Shown here piece by piece: positions 50,846 through 63,692 of a stretch of 64,000 nucleotides of DNA. This DNA comes from Phoronis australis (taxonomy: Eukaryota > Animalia > Phoronida). The DNA lies in NCBI GenBank assembly GCA_002633005.1, contig NMRA01000029.1, forward strand, positions 1,407,796 through 1,471,795, written 5' to 3'. The translations under genes were made by a program, and so were the position numbers. The notes under the pieces were generated by a model. It saw only the letters and a program-made list of their open reading frames with translations, was not told the DNA's origin and searched no databases. How positions within the stretch are numbered: position 1 is the first letter of the stretch; every line of letters begins with the position of its first letter.

Positions 50846-53800
50846 TTAATGAAAAAAATAAAAATTCTAAAGTCTCAAATTCCATTGCTGTCAATCTCTA
50901 AAACAAAAGTGTTCAAATTGGATAGACAAAATCACATGCCCAATGTACAGCATGGGTAGAGAATGTGCAACCAACAAGTAGAACTTGGTGACCAGCATCA
51001 GAGTAGAAAACAAAGAGATGCATGATCTCAAGATGCCCATATATTTAACATTTAAATGATGACAGACCATTTAAACAACTAACCCTACTGGTATATCCAG
51101 CAGGCAGGGATAAAAGCACAACTTTGTGATGGGGAGAAGCCCGGGAGAAGCCCGGGACGAGCCTATTCTAGGAACATTGTGTTTAAATGTGCCATTGTTG
51201 CAAAAACCAACTCCAAATTCAAACACTTTAACCTAGACATTTCCACTCTATGATTTCATTTACTGACAATTACAACATTTAACAAAAAGTTTTGAGTTCA
51301 TTTTATAAATTTAAGTTCTCCTATATAGACAAGCTTGTGGCAAGATTCTCATGCCAAATAACACCAATTTTTTAAATATCTGTTCAGACAAAACACTGGG
51401 CAAATTTTAAGGAACAGGAGGTCAAATATTGCAATATCAGAGAAATGTCTGCTTTAGTCATTAGTGCAGCATCTCTAGATTTCAGCTAGGATCCTTTGGC
51501 TTCCAAGTAATGTCGCTATATTTTTTTCTCCTTTATAAGCAGGTTGCTGTGGAAAGAGACAGGCCTCTGTAGAAAAAGGTCAGAATCCTGGTCTCAGAGG
51601 AATGTTAACAGATGAAGGCATGCCTGGCTGTATTGGTGAGAGTCTGTGTTTTTACAGGTAATGTAGGGACAGAGGGAGAACTCAATTGAGGGTGAGTGAA
51701 CTGAATGGATTCAAAAGAAACACTAAGGTTCAGGAAGATATGGTGAAAGCCATTGACACAAGTCTTTTCAAAAGCCATCAATTTAACCCCAAGGGAACAT
51801 AGTGGTCTTACATCATTACATGGTTACACACAGGTTAACTGTGAACACACATTAACTGCAGGTATTATACAGCATATCACTGTCCCCTAGGGAAGGCATT
51901 ACTTGAAAATCGTCAAGAAAACACAAAATTATCTAGAATATACCAACGCAAGTCACTCTCAGCCTTCCTTTGTTTACTTCCAAGCACAGAATTACAGCAA
52001 CCAACAGCAAAGTGCTCCATTTCCATTGGATTCTTTCACTTTGACGTCAGATACCTTTTCACCTGTACCACAGTGAATGTAGCCAGAAAAGATTTTAAAA
52101 TAACAATCACTTCAAACATGAACAGTACAAGAAACTACAATATCCGCTTATGGTAACTTGCTGTAGCACACTTCAAAAATGTTCCACATCCAACAGTCAG
52201 CCAACACTGAAGAAAATGGTATGTCAAATAGTGCCATTAGTGACACAGGAGTGTTTTATCATAAATGGGGATTCTGGAAAGCTCAACATCTCCATGCACA
52301 GACCAAACTTAAAAAAAAGGTTACTGAAAAACATATGCCATTGAATTAAGGAACCCTATGTTCACAAAGCCCACAGAATTTCCACAAGCGGATACGCACT
52401 GATCTGTTTGCTCCACTTCATGTGCTTAAAGATTAAATACAGGAATTAAGGTGATACCAACAGGCAAGATCATCAAGATCACCGTGTTAACTGGGTATTA
52501 AAAAATTCTGCATATTGCTAGCTGCATCTGGTGTCATATCTTTAAACCCATTAACACAGTTTGTTTAAAAACCACAAGAGAAAGAGCTGATCTAACTAAT
52601 CTATCTGGATACTTTCCATTCACTCACTTTTGAATGCATTGGTTTTGACAGCACAATTGCTGCTGGCAATTCCCTGCCAATAACATGCCACAAGTTTCAA
52701 AAGAACAGTTTTAAAATAAATTAGTGGGGATGTTTAAGTAACACACTCTGCGAAAATTCTTGATAATTCAGTACTACTTTACTTTGAAATACCACTTCAC
52801 TTTGAAATACCACTTCACTTTCATAAGACCAAATAGTTTAAAACTGACAAAAGGTAACAAAAGATAACACGACTTGCAAATCAATTTCACCCTCAATTTG
52901 GTTCTACAAACCCCGTCCCCGGTTCAGGTAAAACATATTTAGCTTAACTTCATGATTTTCTTTCCAATAAATAAAAAATTTTTGCATATACCATCAGCAG
53001 TCAACTGGAACATGTACCTCCCAGCCAGTGCCACCATTACCATGTTAATATGAAGTTCTCCTTACAAGCAGGCTTCAGAAAGCAACGGGAGTCACACACC
53101 TGGATACACTGTACTGCACAGAGCCTCCTATCCAAAACACACTTCCTTGAAAGCAATGCGATTTATTCTTCACTCTGTAACACTGCAGGTCCTTCAGGAC
53201 ATCTTTGGAGATATTTTCTGCTCTTAATTAGCAACAGCATACCCATAATCCCGGACACCTTACAATTCTTTTTGCTATTTACAATGCAGGTGTACTAAAT
53301 TTAATTTTCGATCACCAAGGGGAAATACCATTGGGTGGTAGATTTGCAACTTAACAAGTTTGTAATTAAGTATCAACATTTTAACTTCCCCAAGTCCTTG
53401 AATGGCCTTTACATCATTCAACATTGATTTGCGACTTCTATTTCACCCTTAAGCTCAAGAATTATTGCCAGGCAACCAAAGTCAACATCAGGAGAGAAAG
53501 ATTCCAAGAATTCCAGACTTAACTAGCAGACTTGAGCAGTTGATGATCTGGGCATGGAAATCGTTACTTCCCCCATTGAGGTATCATGGAGGAAACAGCT
53601 TAGAAAAGGAAACAGTGAGCTGGCTAGCCTTCCTTTATCATTACATAACAAAAACCAATGTTAGGTGTGGTATTGTTGCAAACAATTATGTGGTACATGA
53701 TCAAATCTGTCATACATCCTCAGCTGAGGCCATTCCCCTGTTTGGTGGCCAAGATATAAGCAACAACCCAGACACCAAAGACATTAACAGACATGTAATA

Positions 53801-56800
53801 ATAACCTACCCACACAACAGTATTGTGAATCATTCTTTCAAATCTCAGAGCCAATGTTTGCAATCCACACAGAGTGTAGTTGTCATTGGCCATCAACCAG
53901 TTTTATTACTGAGACTGACCAATGAACCATTTTTATGGCAATGAAAATACCATTGACACCAATCAGTTGCCAAGATGGACCACTCCATGGCGTCCCCCCG
54001 CCAGACAGCACTCTTTTAAGATTAAAGGTTGGAGCAGCCATTGATTACAAAGAAAAAACAGTTGATACACAGGGAACTGGTGATAGAAATGAAGAGCACA
54101 ATGCACACCCTTACACTGAAACAAGAAAACCAGATAATTTGAGCACTTAACCAGGTAAACTTCTCTTCAGTAACAACAGCCATGGACATTTAATTGACAT
54201 TCTTGAAATCGTGAAAATTTTTAACATCCATCCTCATCAGCACAACTGTGTTCTGTTGAGGAGTACCCTGCAGGTAAACTCATTATCTAGAATAGACTGC
54301 AGAAAGAGTACAACAGTGAAAAACGACTCTTGGTGAGTTAGTAATTAATTTATGACAGCACAATGTGCCATTTTCATCATCAGTCATTGACTGTACACTT
54401 TAGCTTCCTAATGACTGAAGTCAACTCAGATTATGCAGGGGAAACTAATTCATAACTGCAGGAATGCAGGTTCAATAATGGGGTATTTCCACAAATGACT
54501 TCAACCTTACTCTCATTTCAAATCAAGTTACTACTACTATGAGGATAACACAAGGTGGCAAAGATACAAGCATACGTTAAAACACCCACTCAAAAACCAA
54601 TGGTGATATAGTTGCCAAACACAAAACAGAGGCCTTCACCCCTTTTAAATAAAATTATAATGAGCCTGGGTTTACTGTGCAGGTCAGAAACAGTAGCCAA
54701 GTGTTATCTGGCAGCAGAAGCCCTCAGCTTAAAAATGCTTGCGACACAAGGCTCAAAATATGAACCCATTATATCATTGAAACTAAGCAGCTCAAAGGAT
54801 AAATTGGGGTTAGACTTGGACTCATTTTATCAGGTTACTAAATGTATTATCATCTTCAACAGATTAAATGCCCACACAAAGCACAGGGATGCCATGCCAC
54901 CATTCAATATTGCAGACAAGTCCAACCATAGTTGACTAACTGTTTGATGTTGTACCACCAGGAATTAGTAATAACTTGGTATAATCACATTCCCACGTGC
55001 CAAAGATTGAGTCACACAATTTTTTTTTGTTTCCAGAGTTTCTCTATGCAAGCGACAGAAAAAAACAGTTGCAAAACGCTGAAGTACTCACTAACAGTGA
55101 CAAAAATGGGCATTGCAGTATGTGCATCAGGGATTGAGTCATAGTATTGTTAGAAAATCTCTCTTGTGCACAGGGAGGCAATCAACATATCCATGGAAAC
55201 AATAGGTCATTTAAGTAACATCACCTAAAACTGTCAGCCATGTTTGGAATGGAGTTAAATGAGACAGAATCCTTTGAAAAATAAACATGGAACACAATGA
55301 AAGTGCAGTCAAGGCTGACTTCCAGTCTTGGTAAGTATCATTTCCAGCAACACAACTGCGCTAAGAAGCAGTTTGAGGACATGCAATAGCAATGGTTTGG
55401 AGGCAACAGCAAGGCTGACTTAGTTTCCATATTTGAAAGCATGCGTTTATCATTGAGAAAATATACAGCAACACAATTTCAAAGTTCAACACTTCAGGAA
55501 AGTGTTAAGTGCCTGTTTGCAATGAGGCTAACATCCACATATGATATTAAAGATATTAAACCAGAAGTGGTCTTTCTGCAGACTCAGCTCCTTATTGGTT
55601 GACTTCATTGAAAGGAAATGTGACACCACCTCTGGCCATGTCATAAAATAAAAAATACAATAAAAACCCCTCATGCCAATTTCTAGATTAACCACGGGAT
55701 AAACATGTTTATTTTTATCTTGCCTAATCCTGTGTTAAGTGTTCACTGATGGGCCACTTTACAAAAAACACAATTTATGTCAATTATTTAAGCAATTACT
55801 ACTGTTTGAAGCAACTTGTTCATAATGAACTCCAAATTCCAATTCACAGTAAACTGGAAAGAAAGACTAATTTCAGAAGGTGAATTCAGTAAAACTGGTA
55901 CAATTTAATGGGGTGGAAAGCTGAATTTCAAATGAAAATTACTCAGAATCTTGAACATGAGTAACCTAGCAATAAGGAATCTCAGTGCTAATAATGATAC
56001 TGGTCATTTAAGAATTCCACCAAGCTGGCAGTTGACTTTCCATCACTCCACTAATGCAAATAACTAATAGCACACCAATTTTGTCACCAGCAATTACATA
56101 CTGGTAGTTCTGATTGCAAACTCAAGAGGACGCAACAGCTCAGTTTATGGCAACTTTGCTAATTTTATGCACATTCATTTAAAGTTACATATTTCATTAT
56201 TAATACCCTACTTGTTTAGGCCAATGCCCACATCCTGCTTACTGCCCAACACAGAAATTAACACTTTTAAACTGCTCTGTTAAATGTACCCTTAGTTTGC
56301 ATGGCCAAGAACTCCTTGAATGTGTTTGTCTCGTGTGAACTTTGGCTCCCATAACTACCCAAAGCTCAACACTAATGTAGGTATGCAACCATTAGCCAGG
56401 TCACTCTTTGGGGCGAACACGCAGTCTTCCACTCTACGCTTTTCAAAAGGTCTATTTTAACTTGCCTGGACACCCACTCCTGAATTTTGAGGTTTCCAAG
56501 TTAAGCACCCAGGGTGTTAACCAGTTGTTTGGTGTTCATGTAACATGCCTTAAATCTTGCAGGGTGACGGAATTTACCACTATGACACCTCGACCATAGA
56601 CTATTCAGCTCCTGATTTAAAACAATCAATACTTCCAATCATTTCAAGGAGACGTGCCTGATTTAAAAGTAACTGAGATGGTGGACATCTCTGATCCAAA
56701 ACAAAAGTTCATGACTGGGAGAAGTTGATTCTTTTAAAACAATTCACCTAAACGTACGTGAGTGTGGGGGGAGGGAACAATCACGCCAGACACTCTCAAA

Positions 56801-57726
56801 ATCTCAGGCCAGGGGGTTCTCTCACCGAATGGGCGAGTGTGCATATACCCCTGAAACGGGTAGGAATTTTGGTATTGAAACAGGTATGGTTTTCACTAAT
56901 TTTTGGGGAAAATAGACCCATGAAGAATTGCCGATTGTAATATCCATATGCAGGGCTCGACTCTTAGTAGTCTCACATCCTAGAAGGCACCATGACCAGC
57001 ACAAGTTACCTCAGTCTGAGCTAGCCAGTTGTGAATGACTGAACATCAAAGTATAGCTAGTAACAATGTGGGTAAACATTTGAAAGTTTGAGAAAGCAAA
57101 AATCCCTCTTTCAGATTTTTACAATTACTCTGCCATTCTCTCGCAACAAATTTACATCAAAATAAAGTACATCAACCGTAAACAAAATTTAATAATTCTT
57201 GACATGCATATGACATCTACCTTATCCATTATGGTGGTTTAAAACAAAGACAATCTGATTCACCTCATTTTTGTACATCACTCTCCCGCTATTGAAAAAA
57301 AGTACCAATGTCGATTTCAAAAGCAGTATGCTCATGACGAGCACACGTGTCATTTGCTTGTTTTTTGGTTTTTAAGTGACATCACATGTGAGATGACAAC
57401 TTTGTCGAGGAAATTTTCCTGATATTTTCCATTCGTTGACAGCAAAGTACTCAAAACTACCAAGCTATTAAATGCAGTAAACCTCTGGTCATTTGTTGTA
57501 AACTGTTGGCAGACATCCATAACAAAATAAACAATGGATTGAAGAATCAGCGAAAACAAAGATTGGCCGTCAAATAGACCTTAATTCCGTAGCGTTCAAA
57601 ATTGACCCATTTGATTGCTCTACAAACTCAACCCCAACTAACATCTTCCTTTTCGCTGTGGCATTCAAATATATAGACGCTGAGGTTGGTCCGTAGAGAA
57701 ATATATCAAATAAACATAGAAAAATC

Positions 57727-57770
57727 AGGAGCCCCAACTGGGAATCGAACCGCAGGTCTCTAGATTGCAG
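57727..57770 (-). mobile_element. tRNA-like 3' half (B-box), probable SINE head remnant
   Basis: Minus strand CTGCAATCTAGAGACCTGCGGTTCGATTCCCAGTTGGGGCTCC contains the B-box GGTTCGATTCC. No A-box or 5' half. Confidence 0.4.
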
Positions 57771-58519
57771 AAATTTAAGTTATTTAGGAAGAGTACACTT
57801 TTTAATGACATTAACTTTATGCAAGCTTTTGTTTTGCTCACTTTTTAGACAGATCGTTCCAAAGCTACAAATTCATATCAGCTTTACACGATGGCTGGCC
57901 TTACTTGTGCATGACTCATTACTTCCAATTCTTGCCTCGCACGATTTCAACTTCTGTCTCTCTTTTTTCGGCCTACATTTTAAGTACGTTCGCAGACATG
58001 TGAGTGACGACTTTGTGGCAACCTGGCACATCTATCAGTTCGGCAAGCAAAATCTGATCTCTCTTTGCTGACCTGCAGGTCATTTAACCCAGCCCTGCAC
58101 AATGGTCTCTTTTTCAAAATTCTTTTGAATATTTTTATGCTTGGTTATTTTTGCAGTGGCAGGTTTGAATGAACTAGTATTGTCAGCTTTTCTTTGAAAA
58201 AAGTACCGTTGGGTTGTCTTCCTCTGTGATGACTTATGCCTGGGCCATCAATTCCTTCCCCAAGGTCACTTGGGGCCCCTTTGAATCAGGTATTGCAATG
58301 AATGAATATGTCAACAATTTTAGAAGGTGGCTATTTTCAGAATGTGTACGTATTGGGATAATGGAGACACACCTGTACCCATGGTTTTCAAAAGAAGTCC
58401 CCCCGGAGCCTCAGGTTCAAGGCATAGTTATGGATGACTGATCATTGTTTCACGCTCCGATCCAGTGACGAAGGGTCCATATTGACCTGCTACATGAATG
58501 AAAGCTTGTAAAAACTCAC

Positions 58520-58730
58520 CGATATGTTCATCCTCAACGTCTGATTCGTCCCCATGGTCGGTCTGCATAGGTTCAAGGTTATTCTGTTGTCCCGTAGCTG
58601 GCCTACTGGTAGAGAGTCTATTGAAATAATTTGTCGCAAAGCTTATGAGATCCGGGGGCCTCTCTCGCAACACAGCCACAGTGAAATCCTGCAGCATGTC
58701 CGTCAAACCCGCCGGGATCTCGAAATTCAT
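58520..58730 (-). CDS. PRKAR2: PKA-RII coding exon 1 (dimerization/docking domain and acidic linker)
   Basis: MNFEIPAGLTDMLQDFTVAVLRERPPDLISFATNYFNRL...DESDVEDEHI is an RIIa-type D/D motif. Donor G|GTGAGT at 58519, phase 1. Confidence 0.95.
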
Positions 58731-59170
58731 CTCTTTTTCCCTAAAATCAGAAAGTTATTTGCCAAGGTGAAGATCAACGCATGTAAGCGATCCCTTGTTG
58801 AGATAAACGTGCGTATCGATCGTAAATGACTGGTAGTCTACCGTACACAAACTCGATACCGAAGTCAAACAAGACCAAGAAATCCTTCGCCACAACTGCT
58901 GACGTCATAAATTATGAGTACTTCGGTTTCTTATCACGCTGACCTAGATTTTTCAATAACTTACATTTTGTGTGCGGAGAAACCACGCACTAATCAAACA
59001 CAAATTGAATACTACGCTTGCTTAATATTATCATCAATTTGATAATGAATCGGTTAATCAAAACATCGTGTTAAAGAAACAAGCAATCACTACGCGTACG
59101 AATACACCTGTGAACGCGGGTTCACGCACGAAAAGCGCACCGGGAACGCGCATGCAAACCTGTGCTCGTG
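58731..59170 (-). promoter_or_regulatory. CpG-rich 5' UTR/promoter region of PRKAR2
   Basis: CpG density is visibly higher than in intron 1. CRE TGACGTCA at 58900-58907, DRE-like TATCGAT at 58814-58820, NRF1-like GCGCATGC near 59148. Confidence 0.6.
58900..58907. promoter_or_regulatory. Full palindromic cAMP response element (CRE)
   Basis: Exact TGACGTCA 170 nt upstream of the ATG. Function is inferred. Confidence 0.55.
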
Positions 59171-59367
59171 CAAAAAGTTGATTTGTAATTCAACACAATC
59201 GCCGTGTAAAACAATATTTGTTTCTTGTTAGATGAATGTTAAGTGATGACGTGTCTGCCACTATTATGACGCGATTTGGACTCCGCATGACTGTGGACAG
59301 GCATATCACAGCATAAAATATAAAAAAAATATTTGCTGGTCTTTGGACTTTCCCCATTTAGGTAGCC

Positions 59368-59611
59368 CAGAGGCGGATCTACAGGGGGGTTCAGGGGGTT
59401 TAACCCCCCCCCCCCTCGGGACAGGATCAAAACTAAAAACTGGAAAAAAAATCGCCAGAAAAACGAAATTAGCTACTAAAAATCCCAAAAAATCTTACAC
59501 GGGAGGAGGGAAACCCTCTCGCGACCTTCCTTCTCCTCGGCGCTACACGCCTCGGATTCTTTCGAATCCTAAACCCCCCCCCCCCTTACTGAAATCGTAG
59601 ATCTGCCACTG
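59368..59611. mobile_element. hAT-like MITE (CAG...CTG ends) with apparent 5-bp TSD
   Basis: CAGAGGCGGATCTAC and (rc) CAGTGGCAGATCTAC. Flanks TAGCC/TAACC match 4/5, with no 8-bp duplication. Confidence 0.75.
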
Positions 59612-62093
59612 TAACCTAGGGGGTATTTTAGCACTTAAAACATTTTCAACATTGCGGAGGCCAATGCATCAATCAGTGTGTGCGCCAACTTGAACGGTTT
59701 AAGTTAATTCTCATACCTCCCGCCGGGACTCGGGCCGGGACCGGGCACGGTGTTGACCGCCCGAGGTTCATGGCCCCGTAATTGTTTTCAAAGTGTTTAG
59801 AAATGCACAAAGCAGAGTGAGTCTGTCCTAATTCCTATTATTATTTTTTTTTTTTAAGTTGAGCATTTTAGCCCTATTTAAGTGGATCCAAAACGTCAAG
59901 CAAATTGCGCCGACTCATTCTAACGGATTGGGGAAATATAGCCAGTGTCTTAATCACTGGCGGCACAGAATTGGGAGACGGCAAATCATCAAAAATCATG
60001 CAATTGAATAAGTATTTAGTTGAACCATGTCTTTGTTGAATCACTAATAGGCCCCGTGACAGCCGTGCAGTCGGCAGCCGCGGGAGGACAGCAAGCGACT
60101 CATTGGGCCACTGAGTGAGAGCTCACGTGGTACCTTCCTAGAGTTGAAGTGTCTATGGATTTAAATTTAGATTTAATTCGGTCTTCAAGGACATCCTTCG
60201 TGAATTTGTTTTTAGTCTAATATAAATTAAAAGGCACGACTTTTGTACCGTTCTCGGGTTCATTTCTGAAGAATGTATACATTGGCGACACCTATTGGAA
60301 GATGAGCTTGGTGAAGAACAACGGGAACTAGAGCGAACACGGCTAAATGAGTCGAGAACATGAGGGCATAGGCTATCTGACCACGTGACCACCGAACTTT
60401 ACTGAAGACTGGACTCGAAAGATGACGAATCGGGCATGTTACTTTGAGCTTGAGGACTCTGAAATCCTAGCAGTAATAAATATCTCTATTCAACGACAAA
60501 CAACGACATCTTTGGGATTCGCACCGAGAGTGTGCAATCCGTAAACACGTGTAGCTTAGTGGTTTCTCCACAATTATAATAAATCTAAATATTTCAAACG
60601 GGCTTATTTAATTGAGAATGACTAATGAGATACGTTTCAAATAAAAAGCACAGCTTTGTCTCCCAAGATACTCAAAGGAGTCAAGAACGTGAATTCAATA
60701 ATTTGTTATACAAACTGTAAATGTAAACAGCCTTCGAGATATATGACGCGATAAACCCACCACCAAGCAATGAGTCGTAAAAATATATTGCACTAAACTT
60801 CGTATGCGGAAACTAAAGTTGAGTCATTCAAATATGTATTGATCATCTGCATGTATGGACGTTTGTGACGTGTTATTCTTTGCTATGCCTTGTTTTATAC
60901 CCACTTTCAATATCAGGGAGGTATGTTTCACCAAAATAAAATTCTTGGGTCCTGCAAGTCCCGTACATATGTGCCATCGACTGAAGTAGTTACTAGGCGT
61001 GCAGGTCAACATATACGTACAATTTTATACGAACGACAGGACTCTCGACCTGCTTATAGCCCTGTTCACATTTGAATACGCAATTTTTTTCGGTCGACGT
61101 GAACCGACATTGTCCCTTTAAAGAGGTTTTATCGGTTTTACGATCGAAAGCGCATTCTGAAGATTAATTTTTTAAGTGATTTTTTTCGATTGTTTTAAGT
61201 TATTAACAACTGAATCCGTTGTGTTTTGTTTTTTTCTTATTTTATTACCACAATTCTTGCCCTAATCTGACAAAATCAAATCTGGTACTGTACAAGTTGA
61301 ATTCTCTTAAAATGTTCTAGCTTTTATCGAATAGGATTAAACACCGACAGCAACGTTTTACAGACTGAGACTGCAGGTTCGAATCGGCGCTCAGACTTAT
61401 CTCAGAAACATCCCTAAGTTCTCGCTGAGTAAAGTCCCTTTAAAAACCTAGCTTTGTCAATGAACACAATTATGAGGGGCCGCTATCAAACAATCGGTGT
61501 CGATTATGAAGTACTTGTCGTTGGTGTATGCCAGTAAACAAATCGGCCAAGTGCGACACGGCTTGCCAACTGCATTTCGATAAAATCCAACCTGCTCCTT
61601 GCACTGGTAAGGAACACAGAGCCACTTAGCGTTGGAAGATAATAAATTATTAGAATTGTTACTGGGATAAAAATGAATTTAAAAGCGGTCTCAGAACGAA
61701 AATTAATCCGCCCACAATTAATATTTTTTCTGGGTTCATTTCACTTCCCTATTCAAGTCGACCAATATTGTTTTGATATTCTCCCCCAGATCTGTACTGC
61801 ATATCTGGCCAAAACAAAATTAAATGAATAACAAGATAAAAATAACGTCCATTGTCATGTTCACACATTTTACTAACACGCGACCTCTTGTGAGAATCAA
61901 CAAAATGTAGGACTTGAACCATCCAGGAACTTCCCACTATATATTGAGAATGATATTTGTCTGCCGGACTGAAAATTTACCTACTCATGCTACCCCGGCG
62001 ATCTCTCGCCTCCTTCGATGAGTTGATGTAAAATGCTAATGGCAGGAACTCTGGTCACGGTGCCACGCGTTTGTCTATGATGTCTGTGCCCTT

Positions 62094-62440
62094 GTTCCAT
62101 GCCGAAGGCATTTTTTATCTGGCGCCACCTTGCTTGTTAAAGGAAGGCCCAGGGCTTGTGTGTAAATAGCCTCCCGTACTGCTCTGTCAAACCAGTTCTT
62201 TCCTTTGCCTAAGATCTCAACGTTTTTCATTGCAGGACTCATGTACAGTCATGCAAATAGTTGTACAGAGCAGTTGAAATGCTTTCCCCGGCTTCTGGGT
62301 TGGTACAGCGCGTTCTTGAAGGTTTTTTCAGTCTCACCCGACACAGCAAGGGGCACGTCGTTCTCCATCATGGTGCATTCCATAAACTACACTGTACACA
62401 GCTAATGAGGTCTCCTGCTTGTCTTCGGGGTGCTGTACAT
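62094..62440 (-). mobile_element. Penelope-like retroelement, degenerate GIY-YIG endonuclease fragment
   Basis: Minus strand, with stops and frameshifts: VQHPEDK...VVYG...VGETEKTFK...NVEILGKGKNWFDRAVREAIY...NKQGGAR...PSAWN. This matches the PLE motifs HPKDK, VVY, GET and ILDRE-x-WF-x-R-x-VKEAI. Confidence 0.75.
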
Positions 62441-63557
62441 TAGTTTGTCAAGTTGGCCCAATAAAGACATGGCATTAAGTGAGAGTCAGGAAACGATCAG
62501 TCCCATGGCCACTTTCCAGATTTCGCTGTCATGAGCATTAGGGGTTCGTCACAATTGCGTTACCGGTCTTAGTCATCGATCTCAAACTCCCCTTACCGTC
62601 GCAATCATTCAAACTGCTTCCTAACCGCCGCAACTCGAGCCTCCTACCGATCGACATAATCTATCCACTCCGTAATTTTCGAGGGTCCGGTGTGGCAACG
62701 AGGAGGGGGCCCCGAATTTGAAAATTCCAGACATTGTGCCCTGTACACTTTTCCAAAACGTTATTAGGAATTGTTTTTGAATTGATTCATTTTGTATCAG
62801 AAGCAATCAAAAACATTTTTATTTTTAAGAAAAATCCTTAAAACGAAAAAGAAATTGTCAGCTAAAAACTGTAGGAGCGTTTATGAGATTTCATCTTGAC
62901 TGAAATTTCATCACTTGTTTCTTATACCACCGTTTTCCAATGTTTGCACCTTTGCTTTTACTAAACTTTACTAAAAACACATGGTCACGCCACTCAGTCA
63001 AAACCAGACTGGTATAAAGCCGAAAATCATATTCAACGGATGCCTGCTTTCAGAAAATATCTCCCTTTCATCACTCTTTCATTAGTTTGGTGGCTCTGCA
63101 AAAGTTATTGTTGAGCATGAACACTGTTCAAGGTCATCAAAAAATTCTACCTCCTGACAGTCTGATCGACATGGTTGTGCGACGTTTCCCTCTCCAACAA
63201 CAATGATTTTATAATAATAATCTCCAAACTAAATAAATTTCTTGGAATTCTTTTAGAGAACATAACAATACACTATCGTTATAAAACCATCCATAATATT
63301 GGCTTCCCATAATTCACAGAAAGTGGTCTTCAAGTTCTTCAAATTCCCATCCATTCGATAAAAGTCACGGCTACTGTGTTGTGTTGTTCAACGTACACAA
63401 TGTCACATTATTGGTTAGTGTGAGAGCATGATCATGGTCGGGGGGCGTTTTTCCGACCAAATTCAAATTATATGTTCCTCCCTTCGTGAATGGTTGACGC
63501 CGGGTTTATAAGGGGCAAAGAGGCAACGATCGCGGACCCCTTCCGAAGGGGGGACTC

Positions 63558-63692
63558 CAGGGGCGGATCCAGAATTTTGAGTTGGGGGGAGGATTTTGCC
63601 GTCAGACATTCGCACCCCAGAACTGCCAAATGGAATCTGGGAGAATCTTAGAAGGGCATGGCACCCTTGGCCTCCCTCTAAATCCGCCAGTG
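63558..63692. mobile_element. hAT-like MITE with perfect 5-bp TSD (GACTC)
   Basis: CAGGGGCGGATCCAG and (rc) CACTGGCGGATTTAG. GACTC at 63553-57 and 63693-97. Confidence 0.8.

Larger units (their letters stand above)
2045..58730 (-). other. PRKAR2: Gene span (ATG to stop): PKA type II regulatory subunit, 13 coding exons, 379 aa
   Basis: Exon lengths 211+36+50+87+42+65+154+102+75+69+55+69+125 = 1140 nt. All junctions are GT-AG with matching phases. The spliced protein has an RII D/D domain, an RRKS site and phosphate-binding cassettes [15 protein letters not shown] and FGELALVTKEPRAAS. Confidence 0.96.

Noticed and set aside
17238-52822. Scattered two-copy micro-duplications (~17238, 19299, 29650, 30420, 41400, 51132, 52781)
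   Set aside because: Ordinary slippage-type duplications of 11-40 bp with no shared sequence or spacing.
53465-53944. Longest ORF in the track (159 aa), possible nested gene
   Set aside because: Non-ATG start, no recognisable domain, composition like non-coding DNA, and no supporting neighbouring exons.
57727-57770. tRNA gene
   Set aside because: Only a T-arm/B-box-like half is present, with no D-arm or acceptor pairing. Kept only as a possible SINE relic.
58428-58519. Extension of the exon 1 ORF to 100 aa (a D/D-only protein)
   Set aside because: RII similarity stops at a consensus donor G|GTGAGT whose phase matches exon 2. The rest is intron read-through with no evidence of use.
60401-60435. 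CTGAAGA...GAAA hammerhead-like core
   Set aside because: There is no proper stem II and no UH cleavage triplet after the putative stem III. Other CTGATGA sites (e.g. ~12865, ~25003) lack the GAAA.
61370-61395. B-box-like GGTTCGAATC
   Set aside because: No A-box or cloverleaf nearby, so there is too little to call a tRNA or SINE.
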